In this document: piece by piece, positions 1-11,663 of the stretch
Layout: each line of letters begins with the position of its first letter
Numbering within the stretch: position 1 is the first letter of the stretch
Assembly (NCBI GenBank): GCA_038230375.1
Contig: JBBRNJ010000030.1
Coordinates: forward strand, 29,513 to 93,512
DNA from: Polyangiales bacterium
GTDB taxonomy: Bacteria > Myxococcota_A > Polyangia > Polyangiales > Polyangiaceae
Reading direction: 5' to 3'
Length of the DNA stretch: 64,000 nucleotides
Position numbers and translations under genes: made by a program
The notes under the pieces: generated by a model
What the model saw: only the letters and a program-made list of their open reading frames with translations
Told to the model about the DNA's origin: nothing
Databases searched by the model: none

Positions 1-444
1 CTCTGCGACTACGAGCCCACGCAGACCGCGGGGGGCTTCACCGTGCAGAGCGGCTGGTCGAACGTGGCCGCGCGCGCAGGAAAGAATCCGTGCGCGCCCA
101 GCGTGCCCGGCGACATCTACTTCAACGCCGCTCCCGCAGTGCAGCGCGTGTCCCTCAAGGTCGGCGAGTCGACCACCGTGGAGGTGATGCCGTTCTCCAG
201 CGCGCCCACGCCGGACTGGCAGCTGGACGCCCTCGATCTCTCGACGCTCTACGGCGATCCAGCCGCACTTCACCTGGAGCTCGATCGCAGGCAGGTCCAC
301 AACGGGCTGCCAGTCACGCTCACCGTGAAGCTGCTTCGAACTCCCGATCCGCTACCGACGGGAAACCGCGCCGCGGTCCTCGTTCTTGCCTCCAAGCAGG
401 GCAAATCCGAGCGCTACTGGCCGATGCTGGTCGTACCGAAGTGA
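1..444 (+). CDS. Hypothetical protein, 3' part only (5' end lies outside the window)
   Basis: Frame 1 is open from base 1 (LCDYEPTQTAGGFTVQSGWSNVAARAGKNPCAP...) to TGA at 442-444, with GC3-rich codons. Confidence 0.7.
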   Translation, partial: LCDYEPTQTAGGFTVQSGWSNVAARAGKNPCAPSVPGDIYFNAAPAVQRVSLKVGESTTVEVMPFSSAPTPDWQLDALDLSTLYGDPAALHLELDRRQVHNGLPVTLTVKLLRTPDPLPTGNRAAVLVLASKQGKSERYWPMLVVPK

Positions 445-534
445 CCCCGGGGGCTGGGTAGACCGGGCTGCTCCATGATCTGTTGCGGAAGGATACACGG
501 GAGGGTGGAGCAGCGTGCACGGCAGTGATAGGAA

Positions 535-1860
535 TTGCGTGTGTCCGTTCAACGCGAAGACAATCCGGTCCAGGTCATCGAGAGCATTCCCGTTGCGGGC
601 AGTCACGGCGTAACCGCCGAGGAGGCTGACCGCGAGAAGATCCCGATACCCGATCACCTCATCATGTACCCGGAGCTCGGGCGCGGCGGCATGGGCCACG
701 TGCACCCGGCCACGGACCGCAACCTGCTGCGGCACGTCGCGCTGAAGCGCCTGGATCCAGAGCTTGCGTCGGAGCCGTTCTATCGCGATGGCTTCATCGC
801 GGAGGCGCAGATCGCCGGGCAGCTGGAGCACCCGAACATCCTGCCCGTGTACGAGCTCGCGCTCGACCCGCGCCAGATCCCGTACTTCACCATGAAGCTC
901 GTGCAGGGCGTCGGCTTCGACGGGTGGCTCTACAAGCATCCCGTCGGCAAGCCCGAGCGCATGGTCGAAGGACTCGACATCATCATCAAGGTCGCGGACG
1001 CCGTCGCATACGCGCACCACCGCGGCGTGGTGCATCGCGATCTCAAGCCGGGCAACGTGATGGTCGCCGGCTTCGGTCAGGTCTACCTGATGGACTGGGG
1101 GCTTGCGCGCCTCACGAAGTCGCAGCCTGCGTCGGGCGCCAACTCGCAGATGAACGCGAAGGGCGCGGTCGGCACTGCGGACTACATGTCCCCGGAGCAG
1201 GCGCGCGGCAACCCGGCCGAGATGGACGAGCGCGCGGATGTCTTCGGCATTGGCGCGATGCTCTACGAGGTCTGCACGGGCAAGCGCCCCTACGGCGAAC
1301 ACCCGAACCCGGACGAGCTCATCGCGCGCGCCGCACGCGGCGACGTGATCCCCGTGGAGAAGGCAGCGCCGGGCGTTGGCTTGCCGAAGCGCATGGCCGC
1401 GATCGTCTCGCGAGCTCTCCGTCCGCGCCCCGAGGATCGCTACCAGTCCGTGGAGGCGCTGGCCACCGACCTGCGCGCGTTCATGCGCGGCGGTCTACAC
1501 CTACCCAGCCGCACGTTCGCCGCGGGCACGCGCATCATGAACGAAGGCGACGCTGGCGACGAGGCGTACATGATCGTCGCGGGCCACTGCAACGCCTCAC
1601 GCGCGGTCGACGGCAAAGAGGAGCAGCTCGCGGTCATGGGACCGGGAGAGGTCTTCGGCGAGATGGCCCTCCTTCTCGACGAGCCGCGCGCGGCAAGCGT
1701 CACCGCGATCGATCCGGTCACGGTGCTCGTGCTCGATCGCCACACGCTGACGGACGGCCTGGGCCTGGAAGGCTGGACCGGAGCGCTGGTCGTGGCCCTG
1801 GCAAGCCGCTTCCGCAAACTGGAAGAACAAGTAAGAGCCTCAGGCCTCCGGAGAGGCTGA
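535..1860 (+). CDS. Ser/Thr protein kinase with C-terminal cyclic-nucleotide-binding domain
   Basis: GRGGMG, VALK, HRDLKPGN, DWG and YMSPE kinase motifs; C-terminal EGDAGDEAYMI...GEVFGEMALL.DEPRAASVTA cNMP signature; no TM segment; start uncertain. Confidence 0.92.
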   Translation: MRVSVQREDNPVQVIESIPVAGSHGVTAEEADREKIPIPDHLIMYPELGRGGMGHVHPATDRNLLRHVALKRLDPELASEPFYRDGFIAEAQIAGQLEHPNILPVYELALDPRQIPYFTMKLVQGVGFDGWLYKHPVGKPERMVEGLDIIIKVADAVAYAHHRGVVHRDLKPGNVMVAGFGQVYLMDWGLARLTKSQPASGANSQMNAKGAVGTADYMSPEQARGNPAEMDERADVFGIGAMLYEVCTGKRPYGEHPNPDELIARAARGDVIPVEKAAPGVGLPKRMAAIVSRALRPRPEDRYQSVEALATDLRAFMRGGLHLPSRTFAAGTRIMNEGDAGDEAYMIVAGHCNASRAVDGKEEQLAVMGPGEVFGEMALLLDEPRAASVTAIDPVTVLVLDRHTLTDGLGLEGWTGALVVALASRFRKLEEQVRASGLRRG

Positions 1861-1885
1861 CCGGCGCCAATTTTGATGCGGCTCA

Positions 1886-1899
1886 CGCCAATATTGGCG
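1886..1899. terminator. Perfect 14-bp palindrome between convergent genes (possible terminator or protein-binding site)
   Basis: CGCCAATATTGGCG; a further GCGCCAAT arm at about 1864 could form a longer stem. Confidence 0.3.
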
Positions 1900-1905
1900 C
1901 GGGTA

Positions 1906-2952
1906 TCACAGCCCCAGTTCGCGCCAGCGGACCATTCCTCCTGCGAGGTTCGCGACCTTCGTCAGGCCATGCTTGCGGAGGATCGCGGTCGCCATCGCGG
2001 AGCGCTTCCCGGTCTGGCAGACCACGACCACTGGCTTGTCGGGCGTGACCTCGGCCAAGCGTGCGCGCAGCTCGTCGAGCGGGATGAGATTCGCGCCGTC
2101 GATGTGGCCTAGCTCGCCGTCGAACTCGGCGCTCGAGCGGACGTCGAGGAGGGAGACGGCGGCGCGGTGAGCCATGACCCACTCGGGGGCGATCTCCCAG
2201 ACGCCCGCGTAGGTGACGATGACCGGGCCCCACGACGGCGCGGTGGGCGCGGCGCCATCCTCTGGCTCCCCGCCGCGCAGGTTCGCGGGCACGGCAACGG
2301 CGAGCTGCTTCGGGTGTGGCAGCGCCATGTTCTGCATGTAGCCGACGAAGTCCTCGCGCCGTGCGTCGCCGCCGATGCGTGGATTATGCAACTTTTCCTC
2401 GCCCACGCTGCTCTGCGTGCGGCCGTCGTAGTCGTGGCCGGGGTAGATCTGACAGCTCTCTGGCAGCGTGAAGATCTGCGTCTGGATCGAGTCGAACAGC
2501 TTGCTCGCGCAGCCGTTCTGGAAGTCCGTCCGACCCGCGCCGCGGATGAGGAGCGCGTCGCCGGTGAACACCATCGACGTGTCGTCGGTGACGAAGGAGA
2601 GGCAGCCGTCGGTGTGCCCTGGCGTGGCGCGCACGTGGAGCTTCTCGCTGCCGAACGCGATCACGTCGCCATGTGCGAGCGGCAGATCGATGTTCTTTGC
2701 GTTGTAGATGGGCGAGAGCCCGATGCGGCTGCCCGTTGCGCGCTTCATCAGCCAGGCGCCGGACACGTGGTCCGCGTGGCAGTGGGTGTCGAGGGTTGCG
2801 ACGAGGTCGAGCCCCAGCTCACGAATGAGTGCGGCATCGCGCGCGTGCTGCTCGAACACGGGGTCGATGAGGACCGCCTTCTTCGCGGTCTCGTCCGCGA
2901 GGAGGTACGTGTACGTGCTGGATGCGGCGTCGGCGAGCTGTCGGAAGAGCAT
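1906..2952 (-). CDS. Persulfide dioxygenase (ETHE1-like MBL fold) fused to rhodanese
   Basis: THCHADH, TPGHT, FTGDALLIRGAGRTDFQ, YPGHDY; C-terminal rhodanese LLDVR...CQTGKRS. Confidence 0.92.
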   Translation of the reverse strand: MLFRQLADAASSTYTYLLADETAKKAVLIDPVFEQHARDAALIRELGLDLVATLDTHCHADHVSGAWLMKRATGSRIGLSPIYNAKNIDLPLAHGDVIAFGSEKLHVRATPGHTDGCLSFVTDDTSMVFTGDALLIRGAGRTDFQNGCASKLFDSIQTQIFTLPESCQIYPGHDYDGRTQSSVGEEKLHNPRIGGDARREDFVGYMQNMALPHPKQLAVAVPANLRGGEPEDGAAPTAPSWGPVIVTYAGVWEIAPEWVMAHRAAVSLLDVRSSAEFDGELGHIDGANLIPLDELRARLAEVTPDKPVVVVCQTGKRSAMATAILRKHGLTKVANLAGGMVRWRELGL

Positions 2953-2961
2953 CGACCATCA

Positions 2962-4419
2962 TCATAGCCTGACGCCGACCAGGACGCGTGCGCCCAGGCG
3001 AAACCCCGGCTCGTCGAGCAGGGCGTGCGAATCACTTGCGTCCACGACGGAGCGCACGCCGTGGAGAGTGCCGAACAGGAACGCGCCGACGGTCACGCGA
3101 TCCCAGACGTAGCGCGCGCCCGCGTCCGCCGTGAGCGCAGCGCCGACGCCAGAGGCATGGCGCGAATCGTTCGACTTCGAGGGGTCTCCGAGCGACGTTA
3201 CGACTTCCTGTCCCAGGAACGAGATCGTCGCGTCGGCGCCGAAAGAGAGATCGCCTGGCGTCATGAAGAAGAGTCCGCCGCCGAACGCCCATGTGTCGAG
3301 GCGCGTGCTCGCCGTGGCGCTCTTTCCGAGGGGGCTCGGATAGTCGAATGTGGTGAGCGAGCCGAGCTCCGTGGCGAGGCCGATGCCGAGCGTGCTGGTG
3401 ATGCGGCGACCAGCGCGCAGGAGAAAGCTGCCACCGTAGAGCGTGCGGTTCTTGCCCTCCGGGGTCTCGCCCAGCGGAGCGCCGAGGCGGAGATTCGTGT
3501 ACGTGCCCACGCCTCCCGCCTCGATCAACCAGCGGCGGTCCTTCCGCTGCGGATCGCCGTCCGGCTGGCCCGGGTCCGTTCCCCCGCCCACCTGCGCACG
3601 CGGCACGTCGAGCGTGACCGAGTCGTCCTCGACGACCGTGACGGAGTCGGCGAACGTGCTGCCGCTGGCGCGAAGCACCTCCACGCGCGTGGGCCCGGGT
3701 GGGAGCGAGACCGTCGCCGAGCCGACGCCGCGCGTTACCCCTTGCACGAGCACGCGATCGCCCGGCTCCGCGTTCACCACGAGTATCCCGGCGCCCGACG
3801 GAACCAGCACGACGACCTCCGCGCGCTCGCGGCCCGCCACACGCACGCGATCCTTCTTCGCGACGCGCGGCGAGAGCACCTCCACCGTGTGCTCGCCCAC
3901 GCCAACGCGCAGGGTGGCTTGCCCGTTCTCGAGCCTCTGTCTCACGCCATCCACGACGAGCGCAATTCCGTCCGGCGCGGGGCCGCCCTTCGCGCGCACC
4001 GTGACATGTAGCTCCGCGATGAGCGGCTGCAGGTCGGCAATGGCGGTCAGGATCTGCGCGCGTGCGTCCGCCTTCACATCCGCGCCGCCGATGCGCAGCG
4101 TCTCCTCCAGCGCGTCCAGCGCCTCCGGATAGCGGCGCAACGCACGCAGCGCGAGCGCGATGTTCTGCTCGATGATCCACGATGGTTTGTCGCGCATCGC
4201 GGCCTCGAACTCCGACAGCGCGCCCGCGTAGTCCGGCGGCTTCGCGTCATACAGCTTCACGCCTTCGTCGAAGTGCTCGCGCGCACGCCGCTCACGCGCA
4301 GCGACTTCGCTCTGGTCGGCAGCGTACGCGCTGGCCGGTGTCAGCACGAACGCGCCACCGAGCAGCGCGACGAAGAAGAGAACGCGTGGATGCATCCTGC
4401 CGCGCATCGTCGCACGCAT
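2962..4419 (-). CDS. Exported TPR + PEGA-like protein with C-terminal beta-barrel-like region
   Basis: ATG at 4419 overlaps the kinase TGA; signal peptide, TPR-like AREHFDEGVKLY...NIALALRALRRYPEA, PEGA-like repeats, amphipathic strands ending LVGVRL. Confidence 0.75.
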   Translation of the reverse strand: MRATMRGRMHPRVLFFVALLGGAFVLTPASAYAADQSEVAARERRAREHFDEGVKLYDAKPPDYAGALSEFEAAMRDKPSWIIEQNIALALRALRRYPEALDALEETLRIGGADVKADARAQILTAIADLQPLIAELHVTVRAKGGPAPDGIALVVDGVRQRLENGQATLRVGVGEHTVEVLSPRVAKKDRVRVAGRERAEVVVLVPSGAGILVVNAEPGDRVLVQGVTRGVGSATVSLPPGPTRVEVLRASGSTFADSVTVVEDDSVTLDVPRAQVGGGTDPGQPDGDPQRKDRRWLIEAGGVGTYTNLRLGAPLGETPEGKNRTLYGGSFLLRAGRRITSTLGIGLATELGSLTTFDYPSPLGKSATASTRLDTWAFGGGLFFMTPGDLSFGADATISFLGQEVVTSLGDPSKSNDSRHASGVGAALTADAGARYVWDRVTVGAFLFGTLHGVRSVVDASDSHALLDEPGFRLGARVLVGVRL

Positions 4420-5750
4420 CAGGGCAGCTTGCGCTGGATGTCGAGGCCCGGCTTCGCGGTCCCCATGCCAGCGGGGAGCGGCTTTCCAGATGGCGGCGGA
4501 CTGGACTGGGTCGCCAAGGCCGAGGGCAGCGCAGATGGCTGCGGGGGCGCCACGGACGACTGCGCATGCTCCGGCACCGTGAGGACCACGACCGGCGGCT
4601 TCGCCAGCACGTTGAGCCCCGCGAGCGCGAGGATCACGCCGAAGCCCGTCGCCGCGAGCGCAACCCAGAGCGGTCGCATCGAGCGCATGGGCGGAGGGCC
4701 GGGTCGCTCGGACGGGTGCAGCTGCAGCTGCGTGGCGGCGAGCGACACGTCCGGTGACGAAGGCTCCTCGGCTGCGCCGGACCGCTGCGTTGCGAGCACC
4801 TCCTTCGTGTCCATCGGGACGCGCGCCTTCTCCTCCGGCGCGATCTCGTGCACCGCGGCGAGCATCTGCCTGGCGGAACGCCACCGCTGCACTGGATCGC
4901 GCTCGAGCGCGCGCCTCACGACGGCGGCCACGGGCTCCGGCGTGCCTGGCGCGAGCGTGCGCACGTCCGCTGCATCACTCATGCAGATTGCGAGGATCAC
5001 CTGCTCGTAGGAGTTGCCCGTGTGTGGCGTGCGGCCTGTGAGGCACTCGTACAGGATCGCGCCGATGCTGTAGAGGTCCGAGCGCTCGTCCACGTCGGGC
5101 TTGGCCTGCGCCTGCTCCGGCGCCATGTAGAACGGCGTGCCCAGGACGGTGCCGTGCCCTGTGAGCGCGAGCGGCATGGTCGCGGCGTGCGCCTTCTTGA
5201 TCTTGGAGATGCCGAAGTCGACGATCTTCACGTGCACCTGCAGCGGGTCAGACTCCGACTCGCAGAGGAACAGATTGTCCGGCTTGAGATCGCGGTGGAC
5301 GATGCCTGCCTCGTGCGCGCGCGCCAGACCACGCAGGGTCTGTGCGATCACGTGGAGCGCAAACGCGAGCGGGACCCGGTGGTCGCTCTTGAGCTTGGCC
5401 CCCAGGTCTTCACCGCGGAGGAGCTCCATCACGAAGTACGGGCGTCCGTTGTCCGTGCCCACATCGAACACGGTGACAATGTGTGGGCTCTCCACCACGC
5501 TGGCGGCGCGGGCCTCGCGTGCGAAGCGGTTACCGACGGTCTCGTCGTCCGCGTACTCGCGCATGATGAACTTGATGGCGACGTGCTTGCCAAGGCCCAG
5601 GTGCTCGGCCTCGTAGACAGAACCCATGCCACCCCGTCCGATGATGCGGATGACCTTGTATTTGCCTGCGATGGTCTTGCCGATGACTTCGTCGGCCGGG
5701 GTCTCTCTATCTCCCTCGATGGGTGCAGTGGGCGCGGGGGGCGCGTTCAT
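4419..5750 (-). CDS. Membrane-anchored Ser/Thr protein kinase
   Basis: GRGGMG, VAIK, HRDLKPDN, DFG, GTPFYMAPE; one TM (LWVALAATGFGVILALAGL) and a Pro-rich tail. Confidence 0.95.
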   Translation of the reverse strand: MNAPPAPTAPIEGDRETPADEVIGKTIAGKYKVIRIIGRGGMGSVYEAEHLGLGKHVAIKFIMREYADDETVGNRFAREARAASVVESPHIVTVFDVGTDNGRPYFVMELLRGEDLGAKLKSDHRVPLAFALHVIAQTLRGLARAHEAGIVHRDLKPDNLFLCESESDPLQVHVKIVDFGISKIKKAHAATMPLALTGHGTVLGTPFYMAPEQAQAKPDVDERSDLYSIGAILYECLTGRTPHTGNSYEQVILAICMSDAADVRTLAPGTPEPVAAVVRRALERDPVQRWRSARQMLAAVHEIAPEEKARVPMDTKEVLATQRSGAAEEPSSPDVSLAATQLQLHPSERPGPPPMRSMRPLWVALAATGFGVILALAGLNVLAKPPVVVLTVPEHAQSSVAPPQPSALPSALATQSSPPPSGKPLPAGMGTAKPGLDIQRKLP

Positions 5751-5825
5751 CGGCTTGCTCTCGATGGTATCTCACCTTCCATTCGGGTGACAGCCGACGA
5801 CAAACATTCGCGCTATGATGAACCG

Positions 5826-7952
5826 GTGAAAGCCCGCTTAACTTTTGGCGGCGCCGCACTGGCGGTGCTCCTGGTCTCGATGGCATGCGGCAGCACGAAG
5901 CCACAAGGCGGCCTCGTCATAGGACTGGAGACGGACGTCGCCGTTCCGGACAACGTCGATGGCATCGGCATCTCCATCGGCGTGAACGGCCAGATCAGGT
6001 ACTCCAGGCTCTTCGCGCTCAGCCCGAACCTCGATCTCAAGGGCAAGAAGATCGTCAAGCTGCCCGCGACGATCCTGATCATGGAGCCGACCGCTGACGG
6101 CCCAGCGCCACCCGTCAACATCCGCGCCGTGGCATTTCACCAGGGCGAGGCGCGCATCGTGCGCGACGTGATATCGACGGTGCCACACGGGCGAACGGCG
6201 CTGCTCCGCCTGCCGCTTGCGTACCTTGGCTACAACGACGGGGTGAAGGGCAAGGTCCCCACCAGCGCATTCGAGGACCCGAAGGCGAAGGGCCTCAGTG
6301 CGGTCATCCATCCCGAGGACACCTCCGATGGGGGGCTGGACGCGGACCTGATCACCACGATCGACTCCCGCTGCACAGCCCTCCAGCACCTGACCAACGT
6401 CGATGGAGAGTGCCTCGACAGCACGATCGACTCCAGCACCCTGCCCGACTACGAGGACGCGCAGCTCTTCGAGAACGGCAAGGACGAGAACTTCGAGAGC
6501 AACCCTGAGAAGTGCTTCGACGTGGAGCAGTGCTTCACGCCCGCCGCGTCCCAGCACCTGCCTCTCGACCGCAGCAACGGTGAGTGCACGGTCACGCTCC
6601 GGGGCAGCGCGAACGATGTCAACGTGGCGATGACCATCCAGCAGCCTTTGGACCCCGCGGCCCCGGCTATCGGGTTCTGCGTGGGCGTCGACAGCACCGG
6701 TGGGAAGCGGTGCATGGTGCCCATCGACCGCGACGACGTCCACGGCTTCCGCGTGGACACCGCGCGCGGCGTGGTGGTCCTTCCGAAGGGCGTCTGCGAT
6801 CGCGCGACCGTCACCGGGATCGAGCTCACGCATGCGTGCGCATCGAAGTCGGCGGTCATGCCCATCGACGGCGCAGGCGCCAACTGCATCACGGACGCGA
6901 ACGACGGCGGCACCGCGGAAGGGGGCACGGACGCAGGCGCCGACGCCGACGCTGCGCTGCCAGAAGTGCCTCCGTGGTACGTGGACAATGGCGCGACGGG
7001 CGTTGTCGCGGTGGGCGGAGGCGAAGTCGTCTCCATCACCAAGACCAAGCAACTGTCCTACGCATCCGACAGGGCAGGCAAGGGATTCGCCATGTCAGTC
7101 ATCGCGAACGCAAGCCCCAGCTCCGCGGCCTTTGGCCCTACGTTCGTGACGGCCGACCCCACGGCGACGGTGGCCTATGCCACGTTCAACGATGCGAACA
7201 TCGTGCATGTCCCCTACACACTGACCAAGGGGTTCGATCAGCTATCCCCCTCATTCATCATGGGCCCCGGACCCGACCCGAGCGAACAGATCGGCCTTGG
7301 CGTGGCCGCATGCGCGAACACGGTGTGCTTTCCGTCTTCACCTACGATGAGGAGCTTCACATTTCCCGCGCTCGTGGCTTCCGGAGCAACCACGTCCACG
7401 ACGCTTGCTTCATCGCCGTATCCGGGCGCGTTCGCGTTCGCAGTTGCCCCCGACGAGTCGCTCTATGGCAGCTACGCAGCGGACTTCGACGGTGGTATTG
7501 GAACCGCCGTTGCTTCTGGCAAGCCGGGCAACCTCATCGAGCTACGCCTCACCGGTGCGCCTCGTGCATACGGCACTGCGGTTGCGGTGAGCGGGACGTC
7601 GTTCCACATGGTGGTCACCGAAGCGCAGCAGGACGGGCAGGTCCATGTGCTCGTCATCGACACCGCTGCGCCTGGAATGCCGGTCGATGCCGGCACGATC
7701 GGGCCCGCGTCCGATCCGGGGTTCCTGATGCGGAACCTTGCCGTGGCGGAGCGCGCCACGAGCCACTACGTCTACCTCACGGACACTGCAGGCAACCTCC
7801 TGTACGTGGACCCGTTCGCGGCGAAGCCTGCGCTCATGAACGTGGACAAGCAGAACCGCAGCTGCGCGACGTCGCTGGGTGTCGCCGTCGATACGACCTA
7901 CGTCTACCGCGCGTGCGGCACGGGCATCACCCGGGACAAGCTCGTTCCGTGA
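5826..7952 (+). CDS. Large Cys-rich lipoprotein, paralog 1 (conserved N-domain, DAG linker, propeller-like C-domain)
   Basis: GTG 5826 gives a lipobox VSMAC; strongly similar to the next gene over about 390 aa; the upstream part of ORF 4848 is antisense to the kinase. Confidence 0.8.
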   Translation: MKARLTFGGAALAVLLVSMACGSTKPQGGLVIGLETDVAVPDNVDGIGISIGVNGQIRYSRLFALSPNLDLKGKKIVKLPATILIMEPTADGPAPPVNIRAVAFHQGEARIVRDVISTVPHGRTALLRLPLAYLGYNDGVKGKVPTSAFEDPKAKGLSAVIHPEDTSDGGLDADLITTIDSRCTALQHLTNVDGECLDSTIDSSTLPDYEDAQLFENGKDENFESNPEKCFDVEQCFTPAASQHLPLDRSNGECTVTLRGSANDVNVAMTIQQPLDPAAPAIGFCVGVDSTGGKRCMVPIDRDDVHGFRVDTARGVVVLPKGVCDRATVTGIELTHACASKSAVMPIDGAGANCITDANDGGTAEGGTDAGADADAALPEVPPWYVDNGATGVVAVGGGEVVSITKTKQLSYASDRAGKGFAMSVIANASPSSAAFGPTFVTADPTATVAYATFNDANIVHVPYTLTKGFDQLSPSFIMGPGPDPSEQIGLGVAACANTVCFPSSPTMRSFTFPALVASGATTSTTLASSPYPGAFAFAVAPDESLYGSYAADFDGGIGTAVASGKPGNLIELRLTGAPRAYGTAVAVSGTSFHMVVTEAQQDGQVHVLVIDTAAPGMPVDAGTIGPASDPGFLMRNLAVAERATSHYVYLTDTAGNLLYVDPFAAKPALMNVDKQNRSCATSLGVAVDTTYVYRACGTGITRDKLVP

Positions 7953-10114
7953 TGACCATGCGAAAGCTTCGGCGGCTCGCCATCGCGTTCGGCGCCGCGG
8001 CGGCGCTGTCCATCGCCTGTGGTTCCACGAAGAACCAGGGCTCGCTCGTGCTGGCGCTAGAGACGGACGTGGCGGTGCCCGAGAACGTGGATGGCATCGG
8101 CATCGCCGTCAGCGTCAACAACCAGATCAAGTACTCACAGCTCTTCTCGATCGACATCACCCGCGAGCAGCAACACAAGCAACGCGTCGTGAAGCTTCCG
8201 GCGACGATCGCCGTGCTCGAGTCCGAAACAGGGGCGCCGGCAGTCCAGGTGCGCGCCGTCGCGTTCTGGAAGGGCCAGGCGCGCATCGTGCGCGACATCA
8301 TCTCGACGGTACCCCACGGGCGCACGGCGCTCCTGCGCGTGCCGCTCGCGTACCTTGGATACAAGGACGGCGTGACGGGCTCGATCGATACGATCTTTCC
8401 GTCACTGCCGGACCAGGCTGCGACGGCACACGCAGGCGTGATTCACCTGTCGGATACGACCCCGGGTACCGGCGCTGCGACGGACATCGTGGAGAAGATC
8501 TCCTCGCGATGCGCGCTGATGAACATGACCAACGTCGACGGCGCGTGCGTGGACCCGACGATCGACAGCGCCACGCTCCCCGACTACGTGGAGAAGGACC
8601 TGTTCGAGAACGGAATCACCTCTGAAGGCTTCTCGAACCCGGAGCCTTGCTTCGACGTGGGCACATGCTTCGCGCCGAGCGCAACGAGCATGCAGGACCT
8701 GGATCGCAGCAATGGCGAGTGCAAGGTGAAGCTCGTCGGGAGCGCTGCGGACCTGAACGTGGCAATGTTGCTCGACACGGCGAGCGCGACAGCGAACGTC
8801 GGCTTCCGCGTGGAAAACCTGGGCAACGTCATTCCCATGTCCCGCGATGACGTGCACGGCTTCCGACCTGACGAGGCCGCCGGCGTGGTTCATCTACCGA
8901 AGGGAGTCTGTGATCGTGCGACCGTGATCAAGATGGTCCTCGCGCATCGCTCTGAGTGTGCGCAGAAGACGGTGCTCCTGCCGATCGATGGCGCCGGCGC
9001 GAACTGCCTGACGGTGAACGGAGATGCCGGGACCGATGCGGGCGATGGCGCAGACAACGCAGACGCAAACGACGTCCCGCCGCCGTGGTGGACTCCATTC
9101 AACGGCTCGACGAACGCTGCGGCGATCACCGTCACGTCGGACGGGAAGAAGGTGTTCGTCACCACCCGGAGCAAGGACCTCTACTACGTTGCGCTCGATG
9201 CCAAGACGGACGGGTCGAACCAGCTCGAAGGCCCGGATACCGTCAAGATGCCGGCGCTCCTTCCATCCACCCTGGCATTCGTCGCGACCGATGACGAGTA
9301 CGTCTACACCACGTTCGGCACCAGCGACGCCATCGCCTGGACCTTCGCGTTTGGTGGCCCGCCATACCTCACGTTCAGCAGCAATCTCAGCAGCGCCACG
9401 AGCGGCATCATCACGAAGGTCGACATGGTCATGAACCCCGTGACCCATTGCATGGGCACCGGCATCACGGGCACGTGCTTCCCCGCTCCCAACCGGCTCA
9501 CCGACAACTTCCCGTACATGCCGTTCCCCGGCAGCATGGTCAGCGACCAGCAGAGCGACAGCACCCCGACCGTGGCCGGCGCTTACGCGATCAGTGCGCT
9601 CGGAATGGAAGCCTACGGCGCGTTCAACGCTCCGTTCAACACCGGCGGCAAACTTGCGGTTGGCAAGGTCGGACTGACGAACTTCACGACCAACCCCGGG
9701 ATGACCGCCTACGCGATCACGGCTGTCAAAGATCCCATGAGCGGCCTCGTCACCTCTGCTCTGACGATCTCGAGTGGCGGCGGCATGGTGCACCTTGCGT
9801 GGACGAACCCGTCCACGATGGCGCTCATCGAATCCACGAACGGCCCGAACATTGGTCCCAACGACCAGACCTCGTACATGCACAACCTTGCCAGAGACGC
9901 GGCCGGTTACGTGTATTTTACAGATAATGGCGGAGACCTCTGGTCGTGGAACGCGCTCCTGCCGACGGACGCGCCCACCAAGATGGATGCCACGAAAAGA
10001 GTCGGGTCCTTCGGTGTCGCCGTCGACGACGTGAACAAGGTCGTCTACCGGGCCTTCACTGGCGACGCGACCACATCGGGCGGCGTCACCAGGACCCCGT
10101 TTCCGCACCCGTGA
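7952..10114 (+). CDS. Large Cys-rich lipoprotein, paralog 2
   Basis: ATG overlaps the previous TGA; lipobox LSIAC; shares LETDVAVP.NVDGIGI, ARIVRD.ISTVPHGRTALLR.PLAYLGY and PIDGAGANC with paralog 1. Confidence 0.82.
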   Translation: MTMRKLRRLAIAFGAAAALSIACGSTKNQGSLVLALETDVAVPENVDGIGIAVSVNNQIKYSQLFSIDITREQQHKQRVVKLPATIAVLESETGAPAVQVRAVAFWKGQARIVRDIISTVPHGRTALLRVPLAYLGYKDGVTGSIDTIFPSLPDQAATAHAGVIHLSDTTPGTGAATDIVEKISSRCALMNMTNVDGACVDPTIDSATLPDYVEKDLFENGITSEGFSNPEPCFDVGTCFAPSATSMQDLDRSNGECKVKLVGSAADLNVAMLLDTASATANVGFRVENLGNVIPMSRDDVHGFRPDEAAGVVHLPKGVCDRATVIKMVLAHRSECAQKTVLLPIDGAGANCLTVNGDAGTDAGDGADNADANDVPPPWWTPFNGSTNAAAITVTSDGKKVFVTTRSKDLYYVALDAKTDGSNQLEGPDTVKMPALLPSTLAFVATDDEYVYTTFGTSDAIAWTFAFGGPPYLTFSSNLSSATSGIITKVDMVMNPVTHCMGTGITGTCFPAPNRLTDNFPYMPFPGSMVSDQQSDSTPTVAGAYAISALGMEAYGAFNAPFNTGGKLAVGKVGLTNFTTNPGMTAYAITAVKDPMSGLVTSALTISSGGGMVHLAWTNPSTMALIESTNGPNIGPNDQTSYMHNLARDAAGYVYFTDNGGDLWSWNALLPTDAPTKMDATKRVGSFGVAVDDVNKVVYRAFTGDATTSGGVTRTPFPHP

Positions 10115-10133
10115 TACCCTTCAGGATGGCACC

Positions 10134-11662
<1,529 letters not shown>

Positions 11663-11663
<1 letters not shown>

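Noticed and set aside
4848..7951. 1034-aa and 1176-aa ORFs as listed in the track
   Set aside because: Their N-terminal extensions are antisense or off-frame shadows; lipoprotein signal peptides place the starts at 5826 and 7952/7958
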